Below, in pieces: positions 48,968 to 59,139 of a DNA stretch of 64,000 bases. Position 1 is the first letter of the stretch, and each line of letters starts with the position of its first letter. Source of the DNA: an uncultured Chloroflexia bacterium (GTDB taxonomy: Bacteria; Chloroflexota; Limnocylindria; Limnocylindrales; CSP1-4); contig CAVUWY010000002.1 in NCBI GenBank assembly GCA_963745405.1, forward strand, positions 2,005,013 to 2,069,012, written 5' to 3'. The notes under the pieces were generated by a model. The model had not been told where the DNA came from and did not search any database. It was given only the letters and a program-made list of their open reading frames with translations. Position numbers and translations under genes: made by a program.

Positions 48968-50323
48968 TCAGACGAGGCGAGCCCGCAACGCCCGGACGAG
49001 GTCACGGTGCCGAGCGGTCCGCGGGAATACGATCTTGCGGACCTCGCCGAATCGACGGTGGGCCTCGATCGCCTCGGCGAGCGCGTCCACGAACCCGGGA
49101 GCCCCGAGCGGCTCGAACCGATCCTCCCACCAGAAGTCGACGATCCGGAGCGCGTCCGCCTTGCGTTCGATCCGCGGCTCGAGGCGACCGACGAGCCGGT
49201 CGCCGAAAAGGATCGGGAGGACGTAGTAGCCCCAGCGCCGCTTGCGCTCGGGAACGTAGACCTCCCAGATGTAGTCGAAGTCGAACAGCTCACGCCACAG
49301 GTCACGATCCCAGGCGAACGGATCGAGCGGGGCGATGAAGGCGACCCGCGGCGCGACGCCGCCCGGTGGCACGCGCCGGGCGATCTCGTCCTCGGCCCGA
49401 CCGAGCGTGTCGATGTCGGCGGCGATCACGTACCTCGTGCGCCGAACCCCCTCGACCTCGACCGGGATGAGCGCGCCACGCGACAGGAGCTCGCCACGGA
49501 CGACGGACTTGTCCGATGCGCGCGACAGGCCGACGAAGATCTCCGCCTGGCCGCCGGCCGCCACGAGTCCGTGGGCCCGATAGCGCGACAGGAGCCGATG
49601 CCGATGCTGTTCGGCCTCGACCGGGCGGTTCGCGAGGAGCTCGGCCGGGTAGAGGCGCTCGGTCAGGTCGTAGATGCGCCGATTGCCGTCGCGCCGGACG
49701 ATCCCGAGGATGCCGGCTTCGGCAAGCGCCTCGAGCAGAGCCCGGACCGGGTTCGTCGGGCGCCAGTACCAGTCGATGGCGGCCCGCGGCTCGAGGTCGG
49801 TCGAGGACATGGCGCCGTTCTCGCGGATCCGATCGAGCAACTCCTTCACGAGCGGAGCGTGCTCGTCGAATGCGCCGCCCCCATGCGCGAGCGCGTGGCG
49901 ATCCCAGGTGATCCGGTGGAACGGGAGCTCGGATGTCGGCAGGATCGAGAGGCCCTTGTTATAGGCCTCGAAGAGGACCCGCCGCTCGTACAGGAGCTCG
50001 TCGGTCCACTCGCGCCGATAGCCGTCGATCCGAGCGAGCAGCGTGAGGTCGTGGTTGCGGCCGGCGATCTCGAGCGGATCGAACTGCAGCGACCCGAGCC
50101 GATCGACGACCGTGAGGACGCTCGATGGATCCGGCGGCAGCGAGCGCGGCGGGGCGAGGAGGTGGCGCAGGACGAGGAATCGCCGGGCGACGGCGGCCGA
50201 GACCGGGCGAGCCGGTATCGATGCGGCGGTCGGCTTCGTCGAGCGCGCGGGCGTGCCGGCCGCTGGCGTCTTCGGGCCGGGTGGCTTCGTCGGTCGGGAC
50301 CGCCCGGTCGGTTCTGGGCTCAC
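48968..50323 (-). CDS. YcaQ/AlkZ-like winged-helix DNA glycosylase family protein
   Basis: LQFDPL..., FDFDYIWEVYVPERKRRWGYYVLPILFGDRLVGRLEP resemble E. coli YcaQ from memory. The GTG 50323 start is uncertain. Confidence 0.7.
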   Translation of the reverse strand: MSPEPTGRSRPTKPPGPKTPAAGTPARSTKPTAASIPARPVSAAVARRFLVLRHLLAPPRSLPPDPSSVLTVVDRLGSLQFDPLEIAGRNHDLTLLARIDGYRREWTDELLYERRVLFEAYNKGLSILPTSELPFHRITWDRHALAHGGGAFDEHAPLVKELLDRIRENGAMSSTDLEPRAAIDWYWRPTNPVRALLEALAEAGILGIVRRDGNRRIYDLTERLYPAELLANRPVEAEQHRHRLLSRYRAHGLVAAGGQAEIFVGLSRASDKSVVRGELLSRGALIPVEVEGVRRTRYVIAADIDTLGRAEDEIARRVPPGGVAPRVAFIAPLDPFAWDRDLWRELFDFDYIWEVYVPERKRRWGYYVLPILFGDRLVGRLEPRIERKADALRIVDFWWEDRFEPLGAPGFVDALAEAIEAHRRFGEVRKIVFPRTARHRDLVRALRARLV

Positions 50324-50453
50324 CGGACCGATGGTAGGGCGCGAAGCGGGCAGGTGGTGGCACCATTGCGTCGGCGGCGTCGATCGGACGCGCCGGGCTA
50401 CGGATCGGATCGGTGGGCACGAGGCCCGAGGGCACGAGGCCGAGGAGGGGACG

Positions 50454-52034
50454 ATGCTCGACGCGGACACGCTGGCCGCGGTCATCGGTGGGGTCGTCGC
50501 CTTCCTCGTCGTCGCCGGCTGGGCCGTGCTCCGCTGGCGAGCCGTCGGGCGCGACCCGACGTATCACGACGACGACTCGGTCCTCCTCGCGGCCCCGCCC
50601 CCGGGGATGACGGCCGCGACCGCGACGGTCATCGACGGCCGGCCGTCCCAGCTCGCCCTGACCGCCGGGCTGCTCGACCTCGCCAGCCGCGACGAGATCG
50701 CCTTCCGCGACGAGGATCCCGCGGCGCACGGGAACCACCCGATCGGCATCGAGATCCGGGGCGGTACGAGCGACGACCCGCGGATCCGTCTCAACCGGCG
50801 GCGCCCGGTCGGCGACGGGGAGGCCTGGCTGCTGACGATGCTCAAGGAGACGATCGTCGAACAGGCGGCCCACGGCGGCTCCCTCGACGATCGGCCCGAC
50901 ATGCAGATGAACGCGATGACCGCGATGCTCGGGTTCTTCGGCTTCGAGGGGACCGCCGCGATGAGCGGCCAGAGCGACGGGCCGGGCGGCGCGTTCGTCG
51001 GAGGGATGACGGCGGGCATCCCCGACGTCGACACGCTCATGGCGGGCATGGAATCTCGATCCGGCAAGCCGATGTCGGACAAGGCGCGGGCTTCGCTCGG
51101 GCGGATGACGCCGATCCTCGGGGCGCTCCGCGATCCGGAATCGATCGGCGATCCGGACGCGTTCATCGATCGGATGGCCGCCTCGACCGGCAAGCAGCCG
51201 ACTCCCGAGGAGCGATCCCAGTACAAGGCCTGGATCGCGCAGCTGGTCGCGGCTCGGCAGCAGCAGAAGGAGATCGCGTCGCCGGCGGCCGTGGCCCCGG
51301 TCGATCCCGCTCCGATGACGGCAGATCCGGCCATGGCTGTCGCACCCGCGACCGTGGCGGCCGCGGTAGCTCCGGCGACACCCTCGACCGTGGCGGCTGG
51401 GGCGGTTCCAGCCGCGTCTGTTCCGGCGGCGCCGGCCCCGGCGGGCGCCCTGCCGTACCTGGCGGCTCAGCAGGCGGCGATGTTCCATCCACCGCTCGGG
51501 TTCGGCACGTTCCTCGAGACGTACGCCAAGCGACATGGCTGGATCGCCTCGATGTCGATCACCCGCCGGTTGCCGTGGCGGATCCTCGGCGCCGTCGAGG
51601 TCATCGCCGGCATCGTCATCGCCGGCGTCGCCGGCTCGCAGCCCGGGATCCTGCTCGGTGCCGGGCTCGGGGTGATCGCCGGCGGCGTCGCGACGTGGCT
51701 CATCGCCCCGGCGATGGCGGTCAAGACGCAGGAGGGGGCCGTGATGAAGGCCCAGCTCGCCGCCTACCAACGAACCCTGCAGGCGACCTTCGCCTCGGCG
51801 GCGGTGCTCGACGACACGCTGACGGCCAAGGGGATGAGCTGGCTGGAGACGCCCGACCAGATCCTCGTCTGGGGCGTGGCCCTCGGACTGCGCGATCAGA
51901 TAGCCGACCTCCTCCGTCGGTCGACGTCGACCGGGGGAAACGATGGGTCGGCGGCCGTGGTGACCGACCTGGGCATCTTCGAGGGCATCGAGCGGATCGG
52001 GACCGTCGTGCCGAAGCAGCACCACGAGGCCTGA
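50454..52034 (+). CDS. DUF2207-like membrane protein
   Basis: ATG 50454 after GAGGAGGGG. N-terminal TM, a central Ala/Pro-rich region and C-terminal TM pairs. The family call is tentative. Confidence 0.5.
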   Translation: MLDADTLAAVIGGVVAFLVVAGWAVLRWRAVGRDPTYHDDDSVLLAAPPPGMTAATATVIDGRPSQLALTAGLLDLASRDEIAFRDEDPAAHGNHPIGIEIRGGTSDDPRIRLNRRRPVGDGEAWLLTMLKETIVEQAAHGGSLDDRPDMQMNAMTAMLGFFGFEGTAAMSGQSDGPGGAFVGGMTAGIPDVDTLMAGMESRSGKPMSDKARASLGRMTPILGALRDPESIGDPDAFIDRMAASTGKQPTPEERSQYKAWIAQLVAARQQQKEIASPAAVAPVDPAPMTADPAMAVAPATVAAAVAPATPSTVAAGAVPAASVPAAPAPAGALPYLAAQQAAMFHPPLGFGTFLETYAKRHGWIASMSITRRLPWRILGAVEVIAGIVIAGVAGSQPGILLGAGLGVIAGGVATWLIAPAMAVKTQEGAVMKAQLAAYQRTLQATFASAAVLDDTLTAKGMSWLETPDQILVWGVALGLRDQIADLLRRSTSTGGNDGSAAVVTDLGIFEGIERIGTVVPKQHHEA

Positions 52035-52126
52035 GCCGAGAGATACCTGCAACGTCGCAGAGCGGACTGTCGGGGCATTTGGATCGCCAAGGTCGTCAGG
52101 ATGGAGTCATCCACACGAGGTACCGC

Positions 52127-52666
52127 ATGACCGACATCACGCTCGGCGACCGCACGGTGTCGCTGCCTGACCTGCCCCGGCTCGACCTTCCGCGACCGGA
52201 TGTGTCGCTGCCCGATCTCCCGATCAAGGACCTGTCGCTGCCCGAGCTCTCGCTGCCGGACATCTCCCTGCCGGACCTTCGCCGCAGGTCCTCGGCGTCG
52301 CCGTCGACCCTGCCGATGGTGCTGCTGACCCTGGCGGCCGGGCTCATGCTCGGGATCGTCCTTGCCGCGCTCGCCTGGACGCTTGCGCCGGTGCGCGAGA
52401 CGGCTCAGCGGATCCGCGGCCGGTTCAGCGGCCCGTCCTGGACGAAGGTGCCGGAGCATGAATACCTCGAGAACGCGCTCGCCGGACGACCGAGGGAGCG
52501 CGACGACGAGGTCGTCTCCGAGCCGTCGGCTCGATCGGCGGCCTCGTCTCCCGCCGCCGCGGCGCCTTCCACCACGCCGAAGACCGCCTCACCGAATGGG
52601 TCGACGGCCGCCGGCCACAAGGTGTCGCCGAGATCGACGGTCGCCCTCGATCCGGGCCAGCCTTAG
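52127..52666 (+). CDS. Hypothetical single-pass membrane protein with N-terminal [DE][LIV]SLP pentapeptide repeats
   Basis: ATG 52127 within ORF 49007..52666. VSLPDLPRLDLPRPDVSLPDLPIKDLSLPELSLPDISLPDL, then a TM helix and a low-complexity tail. Confidence 0.5.
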   Translation: MTDITLGDRTVSLPDLPRLDLPRPDVSLPDLPIKDLSLPELSLPDISLPDLRRRSSASPSTLPMVLLTLAAGLMLGIVLAALAWTLAPVRETAQRIRGRFSGPSWTKVPEHEYLENALAGRPRERDDEVVSEPSARSAASSPAAAAPSTTPKTASPNGSTAAGHKVSPRSTVALDPGQP

Positions 52667-52721
52667 TCCTCTCCAGGCCCGGGAACCCGCGACGCCGCTG
52701 AGCGGCGCCCGGCCGACGATT

Positions 52722-53585
52722 TCACCCGAGGCGCTCGACGTATCGCCGCCGCCACTCCTCCGTCGGCCCGACGTTGTTGAACGTGTAGAGATGGAAGTCG
52801 ACGACCCGGGCGACCGGGTCCGCGGCGATCGGCCCGATCCCGTCGAGCAGCCCGTCGGGCCGGTAGAAGCCGCCGGAGCGGATGAGGCGGGCCACGAAAC
52901 GGGCGTTCTTCGACAGGAACCGATGCGTGTCGGCGACCCCGATGCGTGCCGTGATCGCCAGCAACCGGTGCGGCTCGGCCACGCCGGGGATACCGATGTG
53001 GACCGGGAGCTCGAGGCCCTCCGCCCGCCGCGCGTCCAGCCACGAACGGATCGCCGACGGGTCGAAGCACAGCTGGGTCGTCATGTAGCTGGCGAAGCCG
53101 GCCTTCGCCCGCAGCGCCTCGAGAAGCGGCCCGTCGGCGATGAACGGGTGACCCTGCGGGTAGCACGGCACGCCGATCTCGGTGAGCGGATGTCCGATCT
53201 CGGCCATCGCCCGGAGGAGCGCGAGACCGTCGACGAACTCCCCCGGCTCCTTCGCATCCCCCCCGACGATGAACGCTCGGTCGGCCCCGACCCCTTCGAG
53301 CCAGGCGAGGAGGTCGCGGAGGTGGCCCCGATCCCGGATCATCCGCGCGGAGAGATGGGGGACCGCCCGGAAGCCGGCCGCCTGGAGCTGCTCGCACAGG
53401 GCGACCGTCGCCTCGATCCCCTTGGCCGGCGATGCCGTGACCGAGATGGTGGCCCCGGCCGGCAGGGCGGCCGCCTGCTCGATCGTGTTCTTGAGCGGGA
53501 TCAGCTCGAACGTGGGCTCGCGAAGGAGGGCGAGGATCGCGGCCCGGGCATCGACCGAAAGCCCCGAGTGGCGACGGAAGAGCAC
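52722..53585 (-). CDS. metF: Methylenetetrahydrofolate reductase (MetF-like)
   Basis: FELIPLKNT..., VPHLSAR, CYPQGHP motifs. GTG 53585 lies 4 nt after the MttB stop. Confidence 0.8.
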   Translation of the reverse strand: MLFRRHSGLSVDARAAILALLREPTFELIPLKNTIEQAAALPAGATISVTASPAKGIEATVALCEQLQAAGFRAVPHLSARMIRDRGHLRDLLAWLEGVGADRAFIVGGDAKEPGEFVDGLALLRAMAEIGHPLTEIGVPCYPQGHPFIADGPLLEALRAKAGFASYMTTQLCFDPSAIRSWLDARRAEGLELPVHIGIPGVAEPHRLLAITARIGVADTHRFLSKNARFVARLIRSGGFYRPDGLLDGIGPIAADPVARVVDFHLYTFNNVGPTEEWRRRYVERLG

Positions 53586-53589
53586 CGCC

Positions 53590-55128
53590 TCAGACTTCCG
53601 AGTCGGGCAGGACGGCCTTCCGCTTGACGATGAACTCGAGGAGGGCCTCGTCGATGGCGTCGTCCATCGGCGGCGCCTCGTACTCGGCGAGCATCCGCTT
53701 CCAGATGGCGTTCGCCCGCTGGGAGGCGTCGAGGCTGCCGTCCTCGAGCCACTGCTCGAAGCTGTTGTTGTCGGCGATCTCGGAGCGGTAGAACGCCGTC
53801 TCGAAGTTGGCCAGCGTATGGGCCGTGCCGAGGAAGTGCTGGCCCGGTCCGTTCGCGATGATCGCGTCGACGGCCTGGCCGTTCTCCGAGAGATCGATGC
53901 CCTTGACGAAGACGGCGGCCATCCCGCATTGGTCGACATCGAGGATGAACTTCTCGTAGCCGATGGCGAGGCCACCCTCGAGCCAACCCGCCGCGTGGAG
54001 GACGAAGTTGACCCCGGCGAGGATCGTCGGGCCGAAGGTCGCCGCGGACTCGTAGGCCGCCTGGGCATCGGCGATCTTCGAGGCACACAGGTTGCCGCCG
54101 GAGCGGAACGGGACGCCGAGCCGCCGGGCGAGGGCGGCCATCGCGTAGAGGACGAGGGCCGGCTCCGGTGTCCCGAACGTCGGCGCGCCCGACTGCATCG
54201 AGATCGAGCTGGCGAACGAGCCGAGGATGACCGGCGCCCCCGGTCGGACGAGCTGGGTGAAGGCCATCCCGCCGAGCGACTCGGCCAGCGTCTGGGCGCA
54301 GACGCCGGCCGCCGTGACCGGGGCCATCGCCCCGGCGAGGATGAACGGGGTGATGACCGTGGCCTGGTTCGCCTCGGCGTAGGCCCGCGCCGAGCCGAGC
54401 ATCGTCCCGTCCCAGACGAGAGGGGAGTTGGCATTGATGAGGCTCGTGATGACCGTGTGGTCCTCGAGGTAGTCCTCGCCGAAGAGGATCCGGGCCATCG
54501 CCACCGTGTCGCGCGCCCGGTCCGGGTGCGTCACCGAGCCCATGAACGGCTTGTCCGAGTAGCGCATGTGGGCGTAGACCATGTCGAGGTGCCGCTTCTG
54601 GACCGGCACGTCGACGGGCTCGCAGACCGTCCCGCCGCTGTGGTGGAGGTGCGGGGTCATGTAGGCGAGCTTCACGAAGTTGCGGAAGTCCTCGATGGTG
54701 CCGTAGCGGCGGCCGTTGTCGAGATCGCGGACGAACGGGGTCCCGTACGACGGCGCGAAGACCGTCGCGTCGCCGCCGATGCGGACGCTCCGCTCCGGGT
54801 TGCGGGCGTATTGGACGTACTCGCGCGGCGCCGTCGCCTGGACGATCGAGCGGGCGAGGCCGCGCGGGAAGCGGACCCGCTCGCCGGTCACGTCGGCCCC
54901 GGCCTCGCGGAAGAGCCGCAGCGCGTCGGGATCGCCGCGGAAGTCGAGGCCGACCTCCTGGAGGATCGTGTCGGCGTTGTGCTCGATGATCGAGAGGCCC
55001 TCCTCGTTGAGGACCTCGAACGGAGCAAAGGTGCGTGTCAGATACGGCACGTAGGCGTCGTGCGAGTGCGCCCGCAGCGCCCGTCGCGCGTCGCGCCCGC
55101 CGGATCGGCGACGTGGTGCCTCGTCCAT
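53590..55128 (-). CDS. MttB-superfamily methyltransferase, non-pyrrolysine type (quaternary amine:corrinoid methyltransferase candidate)
   Basis: 513 aa with full-length similarity to the trimethylamine methyltransferase family. No in-frame TAG. Confidence 0.9.
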   Translation of the reverse strand: MDEAPRRRSGGRDARRALRAHSHDAYVPYLTRTFAPFEVLNEEGLSIIEHNADTILQEVGLDFRGDPDALRLFREAGADVTGERVRFPRGLARSIVQATAPREYVQYARNPERSVRIGGDATVFAPSYGTPFVRDLDNGRRYGTIEDFRNFVKLAYMTPHLHHSGGTVCEPVDVPVQKRHLDMVYAHMRYSDKPFMGSVTHPDRARDTVAMARILFGEDYLEDHTVITSLINANSPLVWDGTMLGSARAYAEANQATVITPFILAGAMAPVTAAGVCAQTLAESLGGMAFTQLVRPGAPVILGSFASSISMQSGAPTFGTPEPALVLYAMAALARRLGVPFRSGGNLCASKIADAQAAYESAATFGPTILAGVNFVLHAAGWLEGGLAIGYEKFILDVDQCGMAAVFVKGIDLSENGQAVDAIIANGPGQHFLGTAHTLANFETAFYRSEIADNNSFEQWLEDGSLDASQRANAIWKRMLAEYEAPPMDDAIDEALLEFIVKRKAVLPDSEV

Positions 55129-57206
55129 CAGCGTGTCTCCCTCGATCCGGCTGCCACGACCCGTCGTCGCCGCCGCTCCGCCCGGCCCTGCGGTCCCTCG
55201 TCGGTGATCGAGCGGGCAGTCGGCAGTTCGACCGCCGCTCGGAGATGCGGGTAGGCGGCCGTCCGGTGGGGGAACGCCATCGCCTCGACGAAATGCTCCT
55301 GGAAGCGCGGCTCGATCGCCGTCTCGATCTTCTCCACCCGCCGGACGACCTGCTCGATCTCCCGCCGTGCGGCACCCGACAGGAGGGCGATGAGGGCGCC
55401 GGTCCCGGCGGCGTTGCCGGCCGGCGACGCGTCGGCGGGGTCGCAGTCGGGGATGAGGCCGAGGACCATCGCGTGAAGGAGGTCGATCTGGCTGCCGAAC
55501 GCGCCGGCCAGGCGGATCTCCTCGACCTCGTCGACCCCGAGGTGGTCCATGAGCAGCCGGATCCCGGCGTACAGGGCCGCCTTGGCGAGCTGGATCGCCC
55601 GGACGTCGTTCTGGGTGATGACGATCCGCGGCGCGCGCGTCGCCCCGGGCTCGATCGGCTCGGCGGGCTCGTGGAGGACGTAGCTGAAGGTCCGGCCGTC
55701 GGGGACGACCCGTGGGCTCCGGGCGGTGAGACTGCCGTCGACGATGCCGTCGGCGGTGATCACCCCGGCGAGGAACAGCTCGGCGATGGCCTCGACGATC
55801 CCCGACCCGCAGATGCCGGTGACGCCGAGCCGCCGCTCGACCGACTCGAACCCGGGCTCGTCCGACCAGCGCGGTGAGCCGATCACCCGGAACCGTGGCT
55901 CGAGTGTCTCGCGGTCGACCCGGACCCGCTCGATGGCACCCGGCGCTGCCCGCTGGCCGCTGCTGATCTGGGCGCCCTCGAAGGCGGGCCCGGTCGGGCT
56001 CGATGCGGCCAGCAGCCGGTCCTTCGTCCCGAGGACGATCTCGGCGTTGGTCCCGACGTCGACGGTGACCCGGACGCGCTCGGCCCGCTGGGCCTCCTCG
56101 GCGAGGATCACCCCGGCCGTGTCGGCGCCGACGTGGCCGGCGATGCAGGGCAGGACGTAGACCCGGGCGCCGGGGTGGACGCCGCCCACTTCGATCTCCG
56201 CCGCGGTCGTGTGGACGGCCCGATCGGTGGCGAGGGCGAACGGCGCGGATCCGAGGGGGACCGGGTCGATGCCGAGCAGGAGGTGATGCATGATCGGGTT
56301 GCCGACGACCGACAGCTCGAGGATGTCCTCGCCGTCGATGCCGCCCGACGTCGCCAGCCCGGCGACGAGGCTCGTCAGGGCGTCGCGGACGGCCCGCGTC
56401 ATCTCGACCGCCCCGCCGTCGTGGAGCATCGCGTAGCTGACCCGGCTCATGAGGTCCTCGCCGAAGCGGATCTGCGGATTCATCACGCCGCTGCTGGCGA
56501 GGACCGCCCCACTGGCGAGGTCGGCGAGGTGGCCGGCGATGGTCGTCGAGCCGACGTCGATGGCGACCCCGTAGGCCCGATCGTGGAGGCCGGACCAGAT
56601 GCCGATGACGGAGCGCCCGTCGTGGACGGCGACGGTCACCCGGCCGCCGTCGTGCTCGAGGGCCGGCTGCAGCGCCCGGACGACCTGGAGATCGGCCTCG
56701 AGGCCCTCGAGGGCCCAGTCGCGCTGCAGCTCCTCGAACAGGCGGGCGAGATCTCCTCCCGGCCGGGCGAGCTCGGCCGGTGGCACGACGACGTAGTAGA
56801 GCCGGATGACGGGGTCGACGACGAACTCGCGGACGTCGAGGCCCTTGCGGACGACCTGGCGATGAACCTGGCTCTCCGGTGGGACATCGATGAGGACGTC
56901 GCCGTGGAGCTGAGCGGTGCACGACAGCCGCCGATCGTCGGCGAGGCCACGGGCGTTCCGATACTCGGTCTCAAGGGCGCCCGCCGGCGAGAGGTGATCG
57001 GGGGCGGAGGTGATGCCGTGCTTGGGGAACGTCCCGCCACCAGGCGTCACCTGGCAGCGGCCGCACAGGCCGCGGCCGCCGCAGACCGAGTCGATGTCCA
57101 CGCCGAGGGCGCGGCCCGCATCGAGGACGGTCGTGCCCTCGGGGAACCGGCCCCGCCGCCCCGACGGGGTGAAGATGACGAGCGGTTCGGCGGACGAGGA
57201 GGCCAT
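55128..57206 (-). CDS. Corrinoid reductive activase (RamA-like: 2Fe-2S ferredoxin + ASKHA ATPase domain)
   Basis: N-terminal CGGRGLCGRCQV ferredoxin motif. A long ASKHA body with DVGSTTIAG and DVGTNAEIV phosphate motifs. Confidence 0.85.
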   Translation of the reverse strand: MASSSAEPLVIFTPSGRRGRFPEGTTVLDAGRALGVDIDSVCGGRGLCGRCQVTPGGGTFPKHGITSAPDHLSPAGALETEYRNARGLADDRRLSCTAQLHGDVLIDVPPESQVHRQVVRKGLDVREFVVDPVIRLYYVVVPPAELARPGGDLARLFEELQRDWALEGLEADLQVVRALQPALEHDGGRVTVAVHDGRSVIGIWSGLHDRAYGVAIDVGSTTIAGHLADLASGAVLASSGVMNPQIRFGEDLMSRVSYAMLHDGGAVEMTRAVRDALTSLVAGLATSGGIDGEDILELSVVGNPIMHHLLLGIDPVPLGSAPFALATDRAVHTTAAEIEVGGVHPGARVYVLPCIAGHVGADTAGVILAEEAQRAERVRVTVDVGTNAEIVLGTKDRLLAASSPTGPAFEGAQISSGQRAAPGAIERVRVDRETLEPRFRVIGSPRWSDEPGFESVERRLGVTGICGSGIVEAIAELFLAGVITADGIVDGSLTARSPRVVPDGRTFSYVLHEPAEPIEPGATRAPRIVITQNDVRAIQLAKAALYAGIRLLMDHLGVDEVEEIRLAGAFGSQIDLLHAMVLGLIPDCDPADASPAGNAAGTGALIALLSGAARREIEQVVRRVEKIETAIEPRFQEHFVEAMAFPHRTAAYPHLRAAVELPTARSITDEGPQGRAERRRRRVVAAGSRETR

Positions 57207-57217
57207 CGCGGTCCGGG

Positions 57218-58126
57218 TCAGCCCGCCGCGGCGTCGACCGCGGCCCGGCGGCGGTTCACCCGTCGGCCGCCCTCGCCGTTGGCCGGCGGCTCGCGGAACG
57301 TCCTGATCCAGCGGCCGCACTCGGGGTCGTTGCCGAGCAGGACGTCGCCGCCCATCACCGCGGCCCGGACCTCGGGCAGCAGGGGGTTCGTGATCGCCGA
57401 GGTGAGCCCGTTCGACATCGCCATCGTGAGGAAGGCGGCGTTGATGCCCTCCCGGTTCGGCAGGCCGAAGCTTACGTTCGAGGCGCCGCACGTCGAGTTC
57501 ACCCCGAGCTCGTCGCGGAGTCGGTTGAGGATGCGAAAGACCTGGCGGCCGGCGGACGCCATCGCTCCGATCGGCATGACCAGCGGATCGACGACGATGT
57601 CCTCGCGGGGGATGCCGTGGTCGGCCGCCCGCTCGACGATCTTCTTCGCCACCGCGAAGCGCACGTCCGGGTCCTCGCTGATGCCGCTGTCGTCGTTGGA
57701 GATGGCGACGACCGCCGCGCCGTACTTGCGGACGAGCGGCAGGACCCGTTCCAGCCGTTCGTCCTCGCCGGTCACCGAGTTGACGAGTGGCTTGCCGACG
57801 TAGGCCGCGAGGCCGGCCTCGAGCGCCTCGACGATCGACGAGTCGATCGAGAGCGGGACGTCGACCAGCGACTGGACCAGGCGGATGGTCTGGGCGAGGA
57901 TCGCCGGCTCGTCGGCGAGGGGGATGCCGGCGTTGATGTCGAGCATGAGGGCGCCGGCCTCGACCTGGGCGAGCACGTCCCGCTCGACCCGGCTGAAGTC
58001 GCCCCGCTTCATCTCCTCGGCGAGCGCCTTGCGGCCGGTCGGGTTGATCCGCTCGCCGATGATGACGAATGCGCCGTCGCCGATGACGACCTCGCGGGTG
58101 GCCGACGAGACGACCGTCCTCGTCAC
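57218..58126 (-). CDS. Methyl-tetrahydrofolate:corrinoid methyltransferase (pterin-binding, MtrH/AcsE-like)
   Basis: GERINPTG, DINAG, NSV, SNVSFGLP pterin-binding barrel motifs. GTG start overlaps the upstream stop. Confidence 0.85.
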   Translation of the reverse strand: MTRTVVSSATREVVIGDGAFVIIGERINPTGRKALAEEMKRGDFSRVERDVLAQVEAGALMLDINAGIPLADEPAILAQTIRLVQSLVDVPLSIDSSIVEALEAGLAAYVGKPLVNSVTGEDERLERVLPLVRKYGAAVVAISNDDSGISEDPDVRFAVAKKIVERAADHGIPREDIVVDPLVMPIGAMASAGRQVFRILNRLRDELGVNSTCGASNVSFGLPNREGINAAFLTMAMSNGLTSAITNPLLPEVRAAVMGGDVLLGNDPECGRWIRTFREPPANGEGGRRVNRRRAAVDAAAG

Positions 58127-58473
58127 GCGTCGACCTTCTTGCCGAGCGTCTCGTCGTGGGCTGGCGGCAGGGCCGGGCCGCCGTCGACGCCGCCGGACTG
58201 GATGAGCTGGGCGAGGCGGTGCTTGTCGTACTCCGTCTCCAGGCGGGTGACCTCGGCCGCTACCTCGGTCTCGATCTCCTCGCCGCACGGCCGGGCGACC
58301 CGTCGCCACTCCTCGATGTACTCGTTGTACGACCGCTTGCCGGCCCGGCTGGCGGCCTTGTCGATGGCGACCTGGAAGCGGGGATGGAGCACTTCCTTGC
58401 TGGCCCGCCGCCCGTCGCGGGCGAGGACTTGGGCGGGGATGTCGCGCCACCAGATGACGGTGAGCTGGGCCAT
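58123..58473 (-). CDS. Small conserved hypothetical protein (117 aa) of corrinoid methyltransferase clusters
   Basis: MAQLTVIWWRDIPAQVLA... From memory it resembles the Pfam 'virulence factor' family. Tightly coupled on both sides. Confidence 0.55.
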   Translation of the reverse strand: MAQLTVIWWRDIPAQVLARDGRRASKEVLHPRFQVAIDKAASRAGKRSYNEYIEEWRRVARPCGEEIETEVAAEVTRLETEYDKHRLAQLIQSGGVDGGPALPPAHDETLGKKVDA

Positions 58474-58475
58474 CC

Positions 58476-59129
58476 TCAGGCGGCCTCGACCGCCGCGGCG
58501 CCCGCTGCGAGCTCGAGCGCCGAGCGCATCGATGTCGCCAGCTCGCCGAGCCCGGTGTACCGCCGCTCCAGGGGCAGGCCGAGTCGGTCGGCCGCCGCGC
58601 CGGCCGCCTCCGTCAGCGCATCGTCCTCGGTCTGGGCGAGGTAGACGACCCGGCGGTAGTTGGCGAAGTAGACGTCGCGCAGCTCGGGATGACGGTCGAG
58701 CCCGAGGCCGCGTACGACGAGCCGCTCGAAGTTGCGGACGAGGAAATCGGTCAGGTAGAAGGTGCCCGGCTCCTCCTCTGCAAGATCGGCGAAGGCGGCC
58801 CGGCCCGCGTAGACCTCGTAGCAATGGGCGCCGGCGAGTCGCTCGACGCCCTCCGCTTCGAGGACCCGATCGAGGAGCCCGCCGGTCCCGCAGTCGGCAT
58901 AGGCGACGAAGATCCGGTCGTGGGTCGCCCGCCCCGCCCGGATCCGCTCCTGGACGGCGGCCGGGATCCCGCCCGGACGATCGTGCAGGCTCGCCGGCAG
59001 GCAGGAGATCGTCACGTTGGCCAGGGCGGCCTGGCGGACGATGGCGACAAGCTCGGTGGCGAGGGCGCCGCAACCGATGACGAGGACACGGGGGGCGGCC
59101 GGCGTGGCAGCCCGACCGCGCGGGATCAC
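58476..59129 (-). CDS. DUF1638 domain protein
   Basis: VLVIGCGAL...ADCGTGG...HCYE pattern typical of DUF1638. GTG 59129 lies 10 nt after the corrinoid-protein stop. Confidence 0.65.
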   Translation of the reverse strand: MIPRGRAATPAAPRVLVIGCGALATELVAIVRQAALANVTISCLPASLHDRPGGIPAAVQERIRAGRATHDRIFVAYADCGTGGLLDRVLEAEGVERLAGAHCYEVYAGRAAFADLAEEEPGTFYLTDFLVRNFERLVVRGLGLDRHPELRDVYFANYRRVVYLAQTEDDALTEAAGAAADRLGLPLERRYTGLGELATSMRSALELAAGAAAVEAA

Positions 59130-59139
59130 CTGAGTGATC

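Noticed and set aside
49007-52666. 1219-aa plus-strand ORF
   Set aside because: Only the last 180 aa (from ATG 52127) look protein-like. The remainder is antisense to the YcaQ-like gene or out of frame with the DUF2207-like gene, and is Arg/Gly/Pro junk.
53590-55128. Pyrrolysine (in-frame TAG) in the MttB homologue
   Set aside because: The ORF is uninterrupted and no pyl genes are present, so this is a non-Pyl family member.
53590-56922. 1110-aa minus-strand ORF that appears to fuse MttB to a long N-terminal region
   Set aside because: The N-terminal ~600 aa are an out-of-frame reading of the RamA-like gene. The MttB homology starts at ATG 55128, which overlaps the RamA stop.
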